Part shown: positions 9,533 to 19,511 of the stretch, in pieces
Layout of the letters: each line of letters begins with the position of its first letter
Numbering within the stretch: position 1 is the stretch's first letter
NCBI GenBank assembly: GCA_963762565.1
Contig: CAVXLD010000010.1
Location: 160,001-224,000, forward strand
Direction: 5' to 3'
Source of the DNA: an uncultured Verrucomicrobiae bacterium
GTDB lineage: Bacteria; Verrucomicrobiota; Verrucomicrobiia; Chthoniobacterales; JAFAMB01
Length of the DNA: 64,000 nucleotides
Notes under the pieces: model-generated
Seen by the model: only the letters and a program-made list of their open reading frames with translations
Databases searched by the model: none
What the model was told of the DNA's origin: nothing
Made by a program: the position numbers and the translations under genes

Positions 9533-10723
9533 ATGACCCGCTTGGTCCTTTGCGCCGTTCTCGTCTTCACCTGGATACGCCCAGCCGCTGCTTGGGTGAA
9601 TGGAGAGCTCTCCATTTGGATGGATTCAGATCGATTGCCCGCAATGCGAGAAGCCGGTCGAAAGTTCGAGCACGATTACGGAATCAAAGTCAATGTGGAT
9701 GCGACTGAAAACATTCCGAATAACTTCCCTTTAGCAGCGCAATCCGACAAAGGACCTGACGTTGTCATCTTTGCGCACGATAAAGTCGGCGAGTGGGCAG
9801 ACGGAGGATTGATCGCACCGATCCCGGTCGCCGCGTCCTACCGGGCGCGGTTCCATGGCGACTGCTGGGACGCCGTCCGGCACCGAGGCGAATATTGGGG
9901 CTACCCGCTCTGTTTTGAAGTCGTAGGACTGATCTACAACAAAAAACTGGTTCCAGGGTCGCCTCCCGCCCAGCTCTCGGACCTAATCGACTTGAACCAA
10001 CGAATCAAAGCCGAGCGCCCCGGTGTAACGACCATCCTTTGGGATTATGCCAGTCCCTACTATTCATGGGGCATCTTCGGCAGCGCCGGAGCCTATGTCT
10101 TTGGCAAAACTGACGCTGGCTACGACACCAAGGATGTTGGGATCGCCACTCCGGGCGCCGTTGACGCACTCAATCAACTTGTCGGCCTAGTCCATGCGGG
10201 TGTCCTGCCAAAGGCAGCATCGATGGCTGGGATACCAAAAGAGATGATGGCGGAAGGGAAGCTCGCGATGATGATTTCTGGCCCCTGGGACTGGCCAGAT
10301 TTGATGAAGAGCGGGATTGATTTCGGCGTCGCGCCGATTCCAGGCGTAGACGGCAAGCCAGGGAAGGCGTTTGTAGGGGTATCCGTTGCCTACATTAATC
10401 GGAGTTCACCTAATCTCGATATTGCCCGGCAGTTCTTGGAGAATTACGCCATCACAGACGAGACACTGAGCACCGCCAACAAGTTGAAGCCGATCGGTAT
10501 TCCCGCTCTGAATTCGCTCTACGAGAGGATGTCGAAGAATGACGAGCTACTTCGTGAGATGGAAGTGTGCGCCGACGACGGCGAAGTAATGCCAAACATT
10601 CCCCAGATGGGCCGATTCTGGGGCGCGTTCGGCTCTGCCCTCCAACTCGCAACCAACGGTCAAATGACCGCGCAAGCGGCCTTGACCGAGGCGCAACAGA
10701 ATATGCTTCCAGCGCGCAAGTGA
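9533..10723 (+). CDS. malE: Maltose/maltodextrin ABC substrate-binding protein (MalE-like)
   Basis: Signal peptide (AAA-W), GPDVVIFAHD, LIYNKKL, ISGPW, FVGV, GEVMPNIPQMGRFW. Confidence 0.85.
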   Translation: MTRLVLCAVLVFTWIRPAAAWVNGELSIWMDSDRLPAMREAGRKFEHDYGIKVNVDATENIPNNFPLAAQSDKGPDVVIFAHDKVGEWADGGLIAPIPVAASYRARFHGDCWDAVRHRGEYWGYPLCFEVVGLIYNKKLVPGSPPAQLSDLIDLNQRIKAERPGVTTILWDYASPYYSWGIFGSAGAYVFGKTDAGYDTKDVGIATPGAVDALNQLVGLVHAGVLPKAASMAGIPKEMMAEGKLAMMISGPWDWPDLMKSGIDFGVAPIPGVDGKPGKAFVGVSVAYINRSSPNLDIARQFLENYAITDETLSTANKLKPIGIPALNSLYERMSKNDELLREMEVCADDGEVMPNIPQMGRFWGAFGSALQLATNGQMTAQAALTEAQQNMLPARK

Positions 10724-10839
10724 GTTATAGGTTTTACGTTTTAGGTTCTACGTTTTAGGTCTGAGCCTGTGGGTAGCACTTCGCCAAGCGAGGAACGCAA
10801 AAAAACCTAAAACTTATAACTTAAAACCTATAACTCACT
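10719..10839. repeat. Inverted pair of heptamer repeats (GTTTTAG-like / CTAAAAC-like)
   Basis: AGTGAGTTATAGGTTTTACGTTTTAGG... pairs with ...AACTTAAAACCTATAACTCACT; spans from the malE stop to 3 nt before the next ATG. Confidence 0.8.
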
Positions 10840-10842
10840 GAA

Positions 10843-11862
10843 ATGAAGGCCCTCGTCTACGATGCACCGAGAAAATTCGAATACCGCGACGTCCCGGAAC
10901 CGGAACCGGAGGCGGACGAGATCTTGATGAAGATTCAGGCCTGTGGCCTGTGTGGTACCGATTTGCATATTCACGAAGGCGAGTTCGCACCCAGTTTCCC
11001 CTTAATCCCGGGGCACGAGTTCACGGGCACCGTAGCATCTGCCGGATCGGCCGTGACCGGTTTAGGGATCGGACAGTCAGTGGTGGCAAATAGCAATATG
11101 GCTTGCGGCCATTGCTTCTACTGCGAAAGAGGAGACCGGCTCTTGTGCGACAACTTGGAAGCGTACGGGGTCACTCGAAACGGGGGATTCGCGGAGTACA
11201 TGAAAATAAAAGCTCATCGCGTATTTCCGATTTCGCATCTCTCTCCGCGCGAGGCGGTTATGGTTGAGCCGACTTCATGTGCTCTACACGGCATGGAAGT
11301 ACTGGATTTGCAGCCTGGAAGCGACGTTCTAATCTTCGGCGCCGGACCGACCGGACAAGTGTTGGCCCAATTGATGAAGATGAATGGTGCGGCAACGCTG
11401 ATTGCGGCTGCGCCGGCAGGCCCGAAGCTCGACTTAGTCGGACGCCTGGCTGCAGATCACGTCGTTCCAATGGATCGTAAAGACCCAGAGGTACACCGGC
11501 GGCGGCTCAAAGAACTTGCTCCCAAAGGCTTCGATTATGTGATCGAAGCGACCGGAGCGCCATCGGTTTGCGAGGAAGCGTTGAATTTTGTTCGCCGGCG
11601 CGGCACGATCCTGGTCTACGGCGTTTATCCAGAGAAAGCCTCCGTGAGGTTTGACCCGTTTGATGTATTCCGTCGAGAGATCACGATCAAAGGCTCGTTT
11701 GCGCAGATCGATTCCTTCCAGCGGGCTCTGAACTACTTGGAGAACGGTCGGATTAAGGTGAAAGAGATCGTCACTCAGGAAATCCCTTTAAAGGACTGGG
11801 GAAAAGCGTTGGAGCTAGCGTGGTCGCGCCAAGGCATCAAGACGGCGCTGGTGCCGGGATAG
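10843..11862 (+). CDS. Zinc-dependent alcohol/sugar-alcohol dehydrogenase (MDR family)
   Basis: CGLCGTD, GHE, CGHCFYC..C structural zinc site, GAGPTG. Confidence 0.9.
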   Translation: MKALVYDAPRKFEYRDVPEPEPEADEILMKIQACGLCGTDLHIHEGEFAPSFPLIPGHEFTGTVASAGSAVTGLGIGQSVVANSNMACGHCFYCERGDRLLCDNLEAYGVTRNGGFAEYMKIKAHRVFPISHLSPREAVMVEPTSCALHGMEVLDLQPGSDVLIFGAGPTGQVLAQLMKMNGAATLIAAAPAGPKLDLVGRLAADHVVPMDRKDPEVHRRRLKELAPKGFDYVIEATGAPSVCEEALNFVRRRGTILVYGVYPEKASVRFDPFDVFRREITIKGSFAQIDSFQRALNYLENGRIKVKEIVTQEIPLKDWGKALELAWSRQGIKTALVPG

Positions 11863-11976
11863 GCCCGCCCTCAATCCAAGAGCGAAGCGCTTCGCTCCTC
11901 AAATCAGCGGTCGGCCTACCAAAATCGACCTTGCGGCTGCGGTAGGTCGTGTTAATCATTTCTCTCCCTTGAACCA

Positions 11977-12060
11977 GCTCGGGTGGTGAAATGGCAGACA
12001 CGTACGTTTGAGGGGCGTATGCCGTAAGGCGTGGGGGTTCAAGTCCCCCCCCGAGCACCA
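11977..12060 (+). tRNA. tRNA-Leu(GAG)
   Basis: Acceptor stem GCTCGGG/CCCGAGC plus ACCA, anticodon arm TACGT-TTGAGGG-GCGTA, long variable arm, GGTTCAAGTCC T-arm. Confidence 0.95.
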
Positions 12061-12106
12061 ATTGTCCAGTTTCCCAAATTTAGCGCGCCAGTTGCTTACC
12101 TATCGC

Positions 12107-13198
12107 ATGTCGACGTCTAATCGCCGCGTTGTTGTCCCACTGGCAGATCGATCTTACGATGTGGTGATCGGCGCCGGGACCCTCGAACAGGCGGGATCGT
12201 TATTACGCGAGGCTGGTCTCAACCATCCAATTGCGGTCGTCAGTGACGAACGCGTGGAAGAACTCTATGGGCAAAAGCTGATTGCTTCGCTAACGGCAGC
12301 CGGTTTCTCAAGCAGCCTTCACATCGTGTCCGGCGGCGAACCAGCCAAGTCGTTCGCGACAGCTGAGGAGGTCAGTGAAAGCCTTGCGCGAGCAGGCGTT
12401 GATCGGTCCGGTTTAATCCTCGCGCTCGGTGGCGGCGTAGTCGGAGATTTGGCGGGTTTTGTGGCATCGATTTTCGGGCGGGGCATCCCTTATGTGCAAG
12501 TCCCGACCACCGTTATGGCTCAGGTCGATAGTTCAGTGGGAGGTAAAACCGCCATCAATCTGACAGCCGGAAAGAACCTGGTCGGGTCGTTCCATCAGCC
12601 AGCGTTGGTAATTATCGATACGGATACCCTAGGCACTCTCGGAGCAAGGGAAAGAAACGAGGGATTGGCCGAAGTCATAAAATATGGGGTCATTGCCGAC
12701 CGAACGCTTCTTGAAGAGATGGAGTCCGTCTCTCAGCAAGGGTTGACGGGAATCATCGAGCGGTGCGTACAAATCAAGGCCGGAATTGTCGGTGAAGACG
12801 AGAGGGAAGAGTCCGGGAAGCGCGCTGTTTTGAATTTTGGACACACCCTTGGTCATGCAATCGAATCGGCTGCCGGGTACGGAAAGCTGTTGCACGGCGA
12901 AGCGATCAGTCTTGGAATGCGGGCTGCGGGCTGGTTGTCCACCAAATACGCCGGCCTGCCAATCCCAGATTACCACCGACTGATTCATCTTTTGAGAAAC
13001 CTTTCTCTGCCGGTGGTCTTGCCGAATGAAATTTCGACAGCCACCGTCTTGGAGAAAGTCTTTGCCGACAAGAAATTCCACCGGGGACAGATTCGGTTCG
13101 TATTGACTGCTGAGTTTGGTTCGGCGTTTGTTTCGGAAAAAATCACGCGTGCGGACCTTGAATCCGCGGTCGAATCCTTGCGAGAATCAATAGTGTGA
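12107..13198 (+). CDS. aroB: 3-dehydroquinate synthase
   Basis: GGGVVGDLAGF, QVDSSVGGKTAIN, LNFGHT, HGEA; start moved to ATG 12107 because the longer ORF overlaps the tRNA. Confidence 0.95.
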   Translation: MSTSNRRVVVPLADRSYDVVIGAGTLEQAGSLLREAGLNHPIAVVSDERVEELYGQKLIASLTAAGFSSSLHIVSGGEPAKSFATAEEVSESLARAGVDRSGLILALGGGVVGDLAGFVASIFGRGIPYVQVPTTVMAQVDSSVGGKTAINLTAGKNLVGSFHQPALVIIDTDTLGTLGARERNEGLAEVIKYGVIADRTLLEEMESVSQQGLTGIIERCVQIKAGIVGEDEREESGKRAVLNFGHTLGHAIESAAGYGKLLHGEAISLGMRAAGWLSTKYAGLPIPDYHRLIHLLRNLSLPVVLPNEISTATVLEKVFADKKFHRGQIRFVLTAEFGSAFVSEKITRADLESAVESLRESIV

Positions 13199-14283
13199 CC
13201 CGAAACGAAGCTTTGATTGCGCTGAATATGATGGCGCACGTAGGACCGGTACGGGTCCGAAAGCTTCTCGAGGTCTTTGAAGAACCGCAACGTATCCTGC
13301 AGGCTAAAGAAGCGGAACTTAGCCGGGTCGAAGGTTTGCCGCGGAACACAGTCGAGGCAATTTCGAACTGGGAAAACGACGTCGACTTGCAAGGTGAGAT
13401 CGAGAGGATTCGGCAATTCGGCGCGACCGTCATCACCCAAGACGATCCGATTTATTCGCCGTTGCTCCGGCAAATCTATGATCCCCCACTGGTTCTTTAT
13501 GTCTGGGGCGCACTGGAAGAACGGGATCACAACGGGCTCGGCGTTGTCGGCTCCCGACGGACCACCCACTATGGCCTGGAGAGTGCAAAGCGACTATCCT
13601 ATCAGGTTGCATATTCGGGGATCACAGTGGTGAGCGGCCTCGCCCGGGGTATCGATACTGCCGCGCATCAGGGAGCGTTAGCGGCAAAAGGACGAACGAT
13701 TGCCGTCCTCGGAACGGGCCTCAGCCACCTCTATCCGGCCGAAAATCGAGCGCTAGCAGAAAAGATTGCCGAGTCCGGGGCTGTCATCAGCGAATTTCCC
13801 ATGGATACCACTCCCGATCGGCAGACGTTCCCCATGAGGAACCGGATCATCAGCGGCTGGGGTTTCGGACTCTTGGTGGTGGAAGCTGGCGCCAACAGCG
13901 GTGCTTTGATCAGCGCCTCACAGGCGACGGACCAGGGACGGAACCTTTATGCCGTCCCGGGCCCTATCGACCGGCCAACTTCTCTCGGAACAAACCGTTT
14001 GATCCAGCAAGGCGCTAAACTGGTAATCAGCGTGGACGACATCCTCGAGGATCTGCAGAACCTCTTTCCAGATAGACCCGTCCTCGCTGCGAGCAAACCA
14101 CCGGATCTAGAGGGAGATCTCCTCAAAATTTATGAAGCGATCGAAAGCTCCGAGACGTCAATTGACCGGATCATCGATGCTTCCGGGCTAGCCGCAAACG
14201 TCGTGACATCAGGCCTTTTGCACCTTGAAATGCAAAGACTAGTCAAGCAATTGCCTGGAAAATTCTTCGTAAAATTACTTTAG
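13195..14283 (+). CDS. dprA: DNA-processing protein DprA
   Basis: VGSRR, VSGLARGIDT, FPMRNRIISG, VVEA. Confidence 0.95.
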   Translation: MTRNEALIALNMMAHVGPVRVRKLLEVFEEPQRILQAKEAELSRVEGLPRNTVEAISNWENDVDLQGEIERIRQFGATVITQDDPIYSPLLRQIYDPPLVLYVWGALEERDHNGLGVVGSRRTTHYGLESAKRLSYQVAYSGITVVSGLARGIDTAAHQGALAAKGRTIAVLGTGLSHLYPAENRALAEKIAESGAVISEFPMDTTPDRQTFPMRNRIISGWGFGLLVVEAGANSGALISASQATDQGRNLYAVPGPIDRPTSLGTNRLIQQGAKLVISVDDILEDLQNLFPDRPVLAASKPPDLEGDLLKIYEAIESSETSIDRIIDASGLAANVVTSGLLHLEMQRLVKQLPGKFFVKLL

Positions 14284-14367
14284 CAAAGCATTTGCCTGGT
14301 CCGCCGATGACTACTACTGTCGCCATCCGGATGCGGGATAGCTTGCACGTACCTATTATTTGGCCAG

Positions 14368-16845
14368 ATGGGAAAAACGCTCGTCATCGCTGAAAAACCA
14401 AGTGTCGCTCTCGACCTTACGAGGGCGCTCGGCCGGTTTGAGAAGAAAGGTGATTATTTCGAGAATGACCGATTTGTCGTGTCATCGGCAATCGGCCACC
14501 TGGTCGAGCTCTGTCTTCCGGCAGAATTAGACAAGAAGAAGGGTAAATGGAGTTTTCAGAGTTTGCCGATCATCCCCGACGAATTCCAACTCAAGCCGAT
14601 AGCAAAGACGGAGAGCCGGTACAAACTTCTGCGGCGTCTAATGGAGCGGCCGGATGTTACCGAGATCGTCAACGCGTGCGACGCCGGACGAGAAGGAGAA
14701 CTCATCTTCCGCTACCTGGTAAGGCTAGCAGGCGCTAAAAAGCCCTTCAGCCGCCTTTGGTTGCAATCAATGACAGCGGACGCTATCAGGTCAGCGTTCG
14801 CTCATCTTAGGACAGACCGCGAAATGATTCCGCTTGCGGAAGCGGCTGTTTGCCGATCCGAAAGTGATTGGCTTGTTGGCATCAATGCGACGCGCGCGAT
14901 GACCGCCTTTAACTCAAAGGTTGGCGGCTTCCAACTCACACCGGTTGGACGCGTACAAACTCCCACCCTCGCAATCCTGGTCGAGCGAGAAGAGAGAATT
15001 CGCCGGTTTGAACCCAAGAGTTACTGGGAAGTCGTAGCCGACTTCAACGTTTCGGCGGGTACTTTTCGCGGTCGCTGGTTCGATGAAGGGTTTCAGAAGG
15101 ATGCAGACGAAGGTCGGCGTCCAGAGCGAATTTGGACAGCGGAACAGGCAAACGCGATCCATGACAAGGTGCTCGGCAAATCCGGCACCATAACAGAAGA
15201 GAAGAAGCCAACTACTCAGGCGCCTCCCCTTCTCTACGACCTGACTTCTTTGCAACGGGAGGCTAACGCCCGTTTCAGTTTTTCCGCGCGACGGACTCTG
15301 CAGATCGCGCAACAGCTTTACGAGCGTTACAAGGTGATCACCTATCCAAGGACTGATTCCAGGTATCTGCCGGAAGACTATCTCGGCACCGCCAGCAACA
15401 TTCTGGGCCACCTGGCAGATCCGACTCTGGCTCCAGCAGCCAGGAAAGCATTGGCCAATAACTGGGTCCGGCCAAGTAAACGGATCTTCGACAACGCCAA
15501 GATCACCGACCATAACGCGATCATCCCAACCGGCCAAAACCCGCGAAACCTGGACGAAGCGCAGCAGAAGCTTTTCGATATGATCGCTCGACGCTTCGTG
15601 GCGGTTTTTTATCCGCCGGCCGAGTTCGAGGTGACCACGAGAATAACGCGGGTTGAAGGCGAAGCGTTCAAAACGGAAGGCAAAGTTATCAAGGAACCGG
15701 GGTGGCTGGAGGTATACGGCCGTCACGCAGCTACCGATGAACAGAGCGACGCATTGGTCGCCGTTGTAACGGGAGAATCCGCCCTTGCCGCCCAAGTTGA
15801 GGTCAAAGAGAACCAAACCAAACCTCCGGCTCGCTACACAGAAGCTACCCTGCTTTCGGCCATGGAAAGCGCTGGTAAACTGGTCGACGACGAGGATCTC
15901 CGTGAGGCGATGTCGGCTAAAGGCTTGGGAACACCAGCAACCCGCGCGGCCATCATTGAAGGATTGATTCAAGACAGCTACATCAATCGTGAGAATCGCG
16001 ACTTGATTGCTACGGCTAAAGGAATCTCGCTGATCACTCTTTTACGAGGCATCGGTATCGAGTTGTTATCCTCCCCTGAACTGACCGGCGAGTGGGAACA
16101 TAAGCTGAAGCTGATGGAACACGGCGACCTCGACCGGTCGACGTTCATGAAGCAGATCAAGCACTTGACCAGCGAGATCGTCGATAAAGCCAAACACTTC
16201 GAAAGCGACGTCGTCGAAGGAAATTACGTTACGCTAAACGTCCGGTGTCCAAACTGCGGCGCCTCTTATCTAAAGGAGGATTACCGAACTTATCACTGCG
16301 AAAACTGTGAGTACCGGCTTTTCAAGAATTTGGCCAGCCGAGAACTCAGCCCAGCAGAGGTAACCACTCTGATCAGAGAACGAAAGGTAGGACCGCTAGA
16401 AGGATTTCGAAGTAAGACGGGCCGGCCGTTTGCTGCCTTGGTGATTCTCAATGACGACAACAAGCCGGAATTCGCCTTCGAGAGCGGTCTGTCCTCCAAC
16501 AACATCCAAATAGATCCGGAACAGCACACTGCTTTGGGTCTGTGCCAAGTGTGCAAATCCGGTCAGGTCTACGATGTAGGCCCAGCTTACATCTGCGAGA
16601 ATGTTTCGAAGGGCTCTTGTACGTTCAAGATGAGCAAGACCATTCTCCAAAGAGAGGTCCCGCCTGACCAACTCAAGAAAATGCTCACCGAGGGGAAAAG
16701 CGATTTGCTTCGACGTTTCATCTCTAAGAAGGGAAGGCCGTTCGACGCATCGCTAACCCTAGTGGATGGGAAAATCGGTTGGGAGTTCGCCAAGCGCGAA
16801 GCCCGGCCCCGCCGGAAGAAGCCGGAGTCGATTCCAAATGCGTAA
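14368..16845 (+). CDS. topB: Type IA topoisomerase (topoisomerase III-like with C-terminal repeats)
   Basis: IAEKPS, CDAGREGE, GRVQTPTL, ITYPRTDS catalytic Tyr, GLGTPATR, repeated F.SK.GRPF.A. Confidence 0.9.
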   Translation: MGKTLVIAEKPSVALDLTRALGRFEKKGDYFENDRFVVSSAIGHLVELCLPAELDKKKGKWSFQSLPIIPDEFQLKPIAKTESRYKLLRRLMERPDVTEIVNACDAGREGELIFRYLVRLAGAKKPFSRLWLQSMTADAIRSAFAHLRTDREMIPLAEAAVCRSESDWLVGINATRAMTAFNSKVGGFQLTPVGRVQTPTLAILVEREERIRRFEPKSYWEVVADFNVSAGTFRGRWFDEGFQKDADEGRRPERIWTAEQANAIHDKVLGKSGTITEEKKPTTQAPPLLYDLTSLQREANARFSFSARRTLQIAQQLYERYKVITYPRTDSRYLPEDYLGTASNILGHLADPTLAPAARKALANNWVRPSKRIFDNAKITDHNAIIPTGQNPRNLDEAQQKLFDMIARRFVAVFYPPAEFEVTTRITRVEGEAFKTEGKVIKEPGWLEVYGRHAATDEQSDALVAVVTGESALAAQVEVKENQTKPPARYTEATLLSAMESAGKLVDDEDLREAMSAKGLGTPATRAAIIEGLIQDSYINRENRDLIATAKGISLITLLRGIGIELLSSPELTGEWEHKLKLMEHGDLDRSTFMKQIKHLTSEIVDKAKHFESDVVEGNYVTLNVRCPNCGASYLKEDYRTYHCENCEYRLFKNLASRELSPAEVTTLIRERKVGPLEGFRSKTGRPFAALVILNDDNKPEFAFESGLSSNNIQIDPEQHTALGLCQVCKSGQVYDVGPAYICENVSKGSCTFKMSKTILQREVPPDQLKKMLTEGKSDLLRRFISKKGRPFDASLTLVDGKIGWEFAKREARPRRKKPESIPNA

Positions 16846-16963
16846 CAGCATTTGGAATCGATTCCGGCTACGACCGCGAACATCCCGGCTATAGCCGGGA
16901 CATTCGCTGTAATAGCCAAGATTTAAGGGAAAATGCTCGATCATTTTCCCTTAAATCTTGGCT
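16820..16963. repeat. Three tandem hairpins between convergent topB and ppk1 (probable bidirectional terminator)
   Basis: 16820-16869 (21/22, topB stop in the loop), 16876-16907 (core TCCCGGCTATAGCCGGGA), 16914-16963 (22/22). Confidence 0.85.
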
Positions 16964-19152
16964 TAGGCTGGCTGGTCTACGCCCCCGGACACTTCTTTCT
17001 TGCCCGGCTGCTTCACTACGACCGGCTTAACTTCCAGCTCTGGCCGTTTCCGTTTGGTCAAACGTTCCAAAAACAAAGCCTGACAGTCAAGCGGGTGCCC
17101 ATCAGGATGCATCTTCGCATAAGTTAGCTCTGAGTTTTGTTCCCGAGCCTTAACGTTGTCAGCCCAATAAGTATTGATGATCTCATCGAGATGAGTCCGG
17201 TGATCCGGATCCTCGACCGGGAAGCAGCTTTCTACCCGCCGGAAAAAGTTCCGCGGCATCCAGTCTGCACTCGCCAAATAGAGCTCGGGATGTCCCCCGT
17301 TTTCGAATCGGTAGATTCTGCTGTGCTCAAGGAACCGCCCAACAATGCTCCTCAGAGTAATATTATCACTAACCCCGGGGACATGTGCTCTCAAGCAGCA
17401 GATACCGCGCACTAACAGTCGAATCTTAACCCCAGCTTGAGATGCCTGATAGAGCGCCTCGATTACCTCCGTATCAACCAGCGAATTTAATTTAGCGAAG
17501 ATTGCAGCCGGTTTGCCCGCCTTGGCATGCTCTGTTTCCCGCTCAATCATATCGAGCACAAACTCGTGCAGTTTTTTCGGTGCCGCCTTGATCTTGACCA
17601 GTTCCGGAAAGACAGAGACCCCAGTCAACCAATTGAAAAGCTCAGCGCAATCGTTGGTTATAACCGGGTCGCAAGTCAATAGACTTAGATCTGTGTAAAG
17701 GCGGGCAGTGGATGGATGATAATTTCCAGTTCCAAGATGCAGGTAACGCCGGATACCTTCCTCTTCTTTTCTGACCACGAGCGCCATTTTCGCATGGGTC
17801 TTTAGGCCGACGATGCCGTAAACCACATGAACGCCGGCCTCTTGCAGCGTGTGCGCCCACTTGATGTTAGCCGCTTCATCGAACCTCGCTTTCAATTCGA
17901 TCACGACGGTTACCTGTTTCCCACTCTCCCCTGCTTGGGCCAAAGAAGCGATGATGGGCGAATCTCCGCTGGTCCGATACAGCGTCTGCTTTATGGCTAA
18001 AACACTCGGGTCTTCGGCGGCCTGTTCAATAAAATCCAAGACCGTCTGAAAACTGTCATAAGGATGGTGTAGAAGCATCGGCTTACGCCGGACTTGGGTA
18101 AAGATATCGTCTCCATCCGTGCCCGTGACCACTAACGGAACAAAGGGCTTATATTTGAGATCTGGCCGATCGACTCCAGCGACAACCGGCATTAAACGAG
18201 AGAAGTTGATCGGGCCGTCTACGGCGTAAAGGTCATCTCCGTCCAAACCAAACGTTTGCAGAAGCTGATCGGACACATGACCGGGACATTCCTTCTGCAC
18301 TTCCAATCGGACCGCCGCACCTCGATTCCGCTTGCGCAGCTCGATCTCGATCGTCTTCAGCATGTTCTCCGCTTCTTCCTCGTCCAGATAGAGATCGCTG
18401 TTTCTGGTAACCCGGAATTGGTAGGCGCCTTTTACTTTCATGCCATGGAATAGAGATCCCACGTGCGCCTGAATCAGATTGCCAATAAAGATGTATCGAT
18501 AAATTCCTCGTTCTCCCGCTTTGTAGGGTAAGAGTCGCGGTAAAATGCGCGGCACCTGCACCACCGCCAAGCTGGTGCCCAGCTCACCGCCTTCGAGCTC
18601 AACGGCGACATTTAGGCTTTTGTTTAGTAACTGCGGAAACGGATGCACGGGATCCACAGCCAGCGGAGTTAGAACGGGATAAACAGACTTCTCAAAATAA
18701 TCTGTGTAGTACTTCTTTTCGTCATCGCTTAGGTCATCCCAGCTAAGGAAAAAGATGTGTTGCTCCTCCAGTCCCGGCACCAAGACCTCGTTCCAAACCC
18801 GATATTGATCGTCGACCATCCTTCTCACCCTCTTCGAGACGGCGACCAGTTGTTCATTGGGGCCCATGCCATCCGGACCAGCCGCGCTCACTTTGCTGTC
18901 CCTTTGCTGTTTTAGTCCGGCCACCCGAATCTCAAAGAACTCGTCTAGATTCGAACTGACAATACAAAGGAATTTTACGCGCTCGAGTAACGGGTTCGCC
19001 GGGTCTTGCGCCTCTTCCAGCACACGCTGATTGAATTCTAGCCAGCTCAGTTCCCGATTAGTATAGAGGGCGGGATCGTTAAACGTTGGAGCTTTGGACG
19101 CTTCCATAATCTTCTTTTGCGGGAGAGGGCGAGCTTTTCGTTTCTTCTGCAT
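16963..19152 (-). CDS. ppk1: Polyphosphate kinase 1
   Basis: NRELSWLEFN, SSNLDEFF, LKTHAK, TGNY, GRFLEHSR. Confidence 0.97.
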   Translation of the reverse strand: MQKKRKARPLPQKKIMEASKAPTFNDPALYTNRELSWLEFNQRVLEEAQDPANPLLERVKFLCIVSSNLDEFFEIRVAGLKQQRDSKVSAAGPDGMGPNEQLVAVSKRVRRMVDDQYRVWNEVLVPGLEEQHIFFLSWDDLSDDEKKYYTDYFEKSVYPVLTPLAVDPVHPFPQLLNKSLNVAVELEGGELGTSLAVVQVPRILPRLLPYKAGERGIYRYIFIGNLIQAHVGSLFHGMKVKGAYQFRVTRNSDLYLDEEEAENMLKTIEIELRKRNRGAAVRLEVQKECPGHVSDQLLQTFGLDGDDLYAVDGPINFSRLMPVVAGVDRPDLKYKPFVPLVVTGTDGDDIFTQVRRKPMLLHHPYDSFQTVLDFIEQAAEDPSVLAIKQTLYRTSGDSPIIASLAQAGESGKQVTVVIELKARFDEAANIKWAHTLQEAGVHVVYGIVGLKTHAKMALVVRKEEEGIRRYLHLGTGNYHPSTARLYTDLSLLTCDPVITNDCAELFNWLTGVSVFPELVKIKAAPKKLHEFVLDMIERETEHAKAGKPAAIFAKLNSLVDTEVIEALYQASQAGVKIRLLVRGICCLRAHVPGVSDNITLRSIVGRFLEHSRIYRFENGGHPELYLASADWMPRNFFRRVESCFPVEDPDHRTHLDEIINTYWADNVKAREQNSELTYAKMHPDGHPLDCQALFLERLTKRKRPELEVKPVVVKQPGKKEVSGGVDQPA

Positions 19153-19297
19153 CCTTTAGTGAGTGGAAAAAGCCGGCGCGACTGTAGTTCTGTGACGAAT
19201 TCGTCATAAATGGGCGGGGGCCGGCGCAATCCCCCTATTTCGGCTCTCGGCTGAGCTGCTTCAAGTCTGGAGTTGGGGGAAAAGGTTGGCGCCACCT

Positions 19298-19478
19298 GTG
19301 GAGCGTGCCTCGCTTGCGAGGCCGTGGTAAGCAAGGGCGGATGGCATGGAAGGCCCACCGCCTCACTGCGCTCTATCGCCAAAAGAGACAGCGTTGCCGA
19401 TAGAGCGCTGACTTAAAAGGAGCGTGCACCACCCTATTCCCTTGTTCACCACAGCCTCGCAAGCGAGGCGCGCTCCAC
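19298..19478. repeat. GTGG-type REP-like long inverted repeat
   Basis: GTGGAGCGTGCCTCGCTTGCGAGGCCGTGGT ... ACCACAGCCTCGCAAGCGAGGCGCGCTCCAC, with inner hairpin GCGCTCTATCG...CGATAGAGCGC. Confidence 0.75.
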
Positions 19479-19511
19479 GAGTGGCGACCCCTGGTCGCCC
19501 CACCTACACAC

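Noticed and set aside
3045..12060. Genomic island integrated at tRNA-Leu
   Set aside because: The accessory-looking genes lie 5' of the tRNA, there is no integrase, and I saw no duplicated tRNA 3' end
12008..12106. Long N-terminus of aroB in the ORF track
   Set aside because: It overlaps tRNA-Leu; ATG 12107 gives a normal AroB
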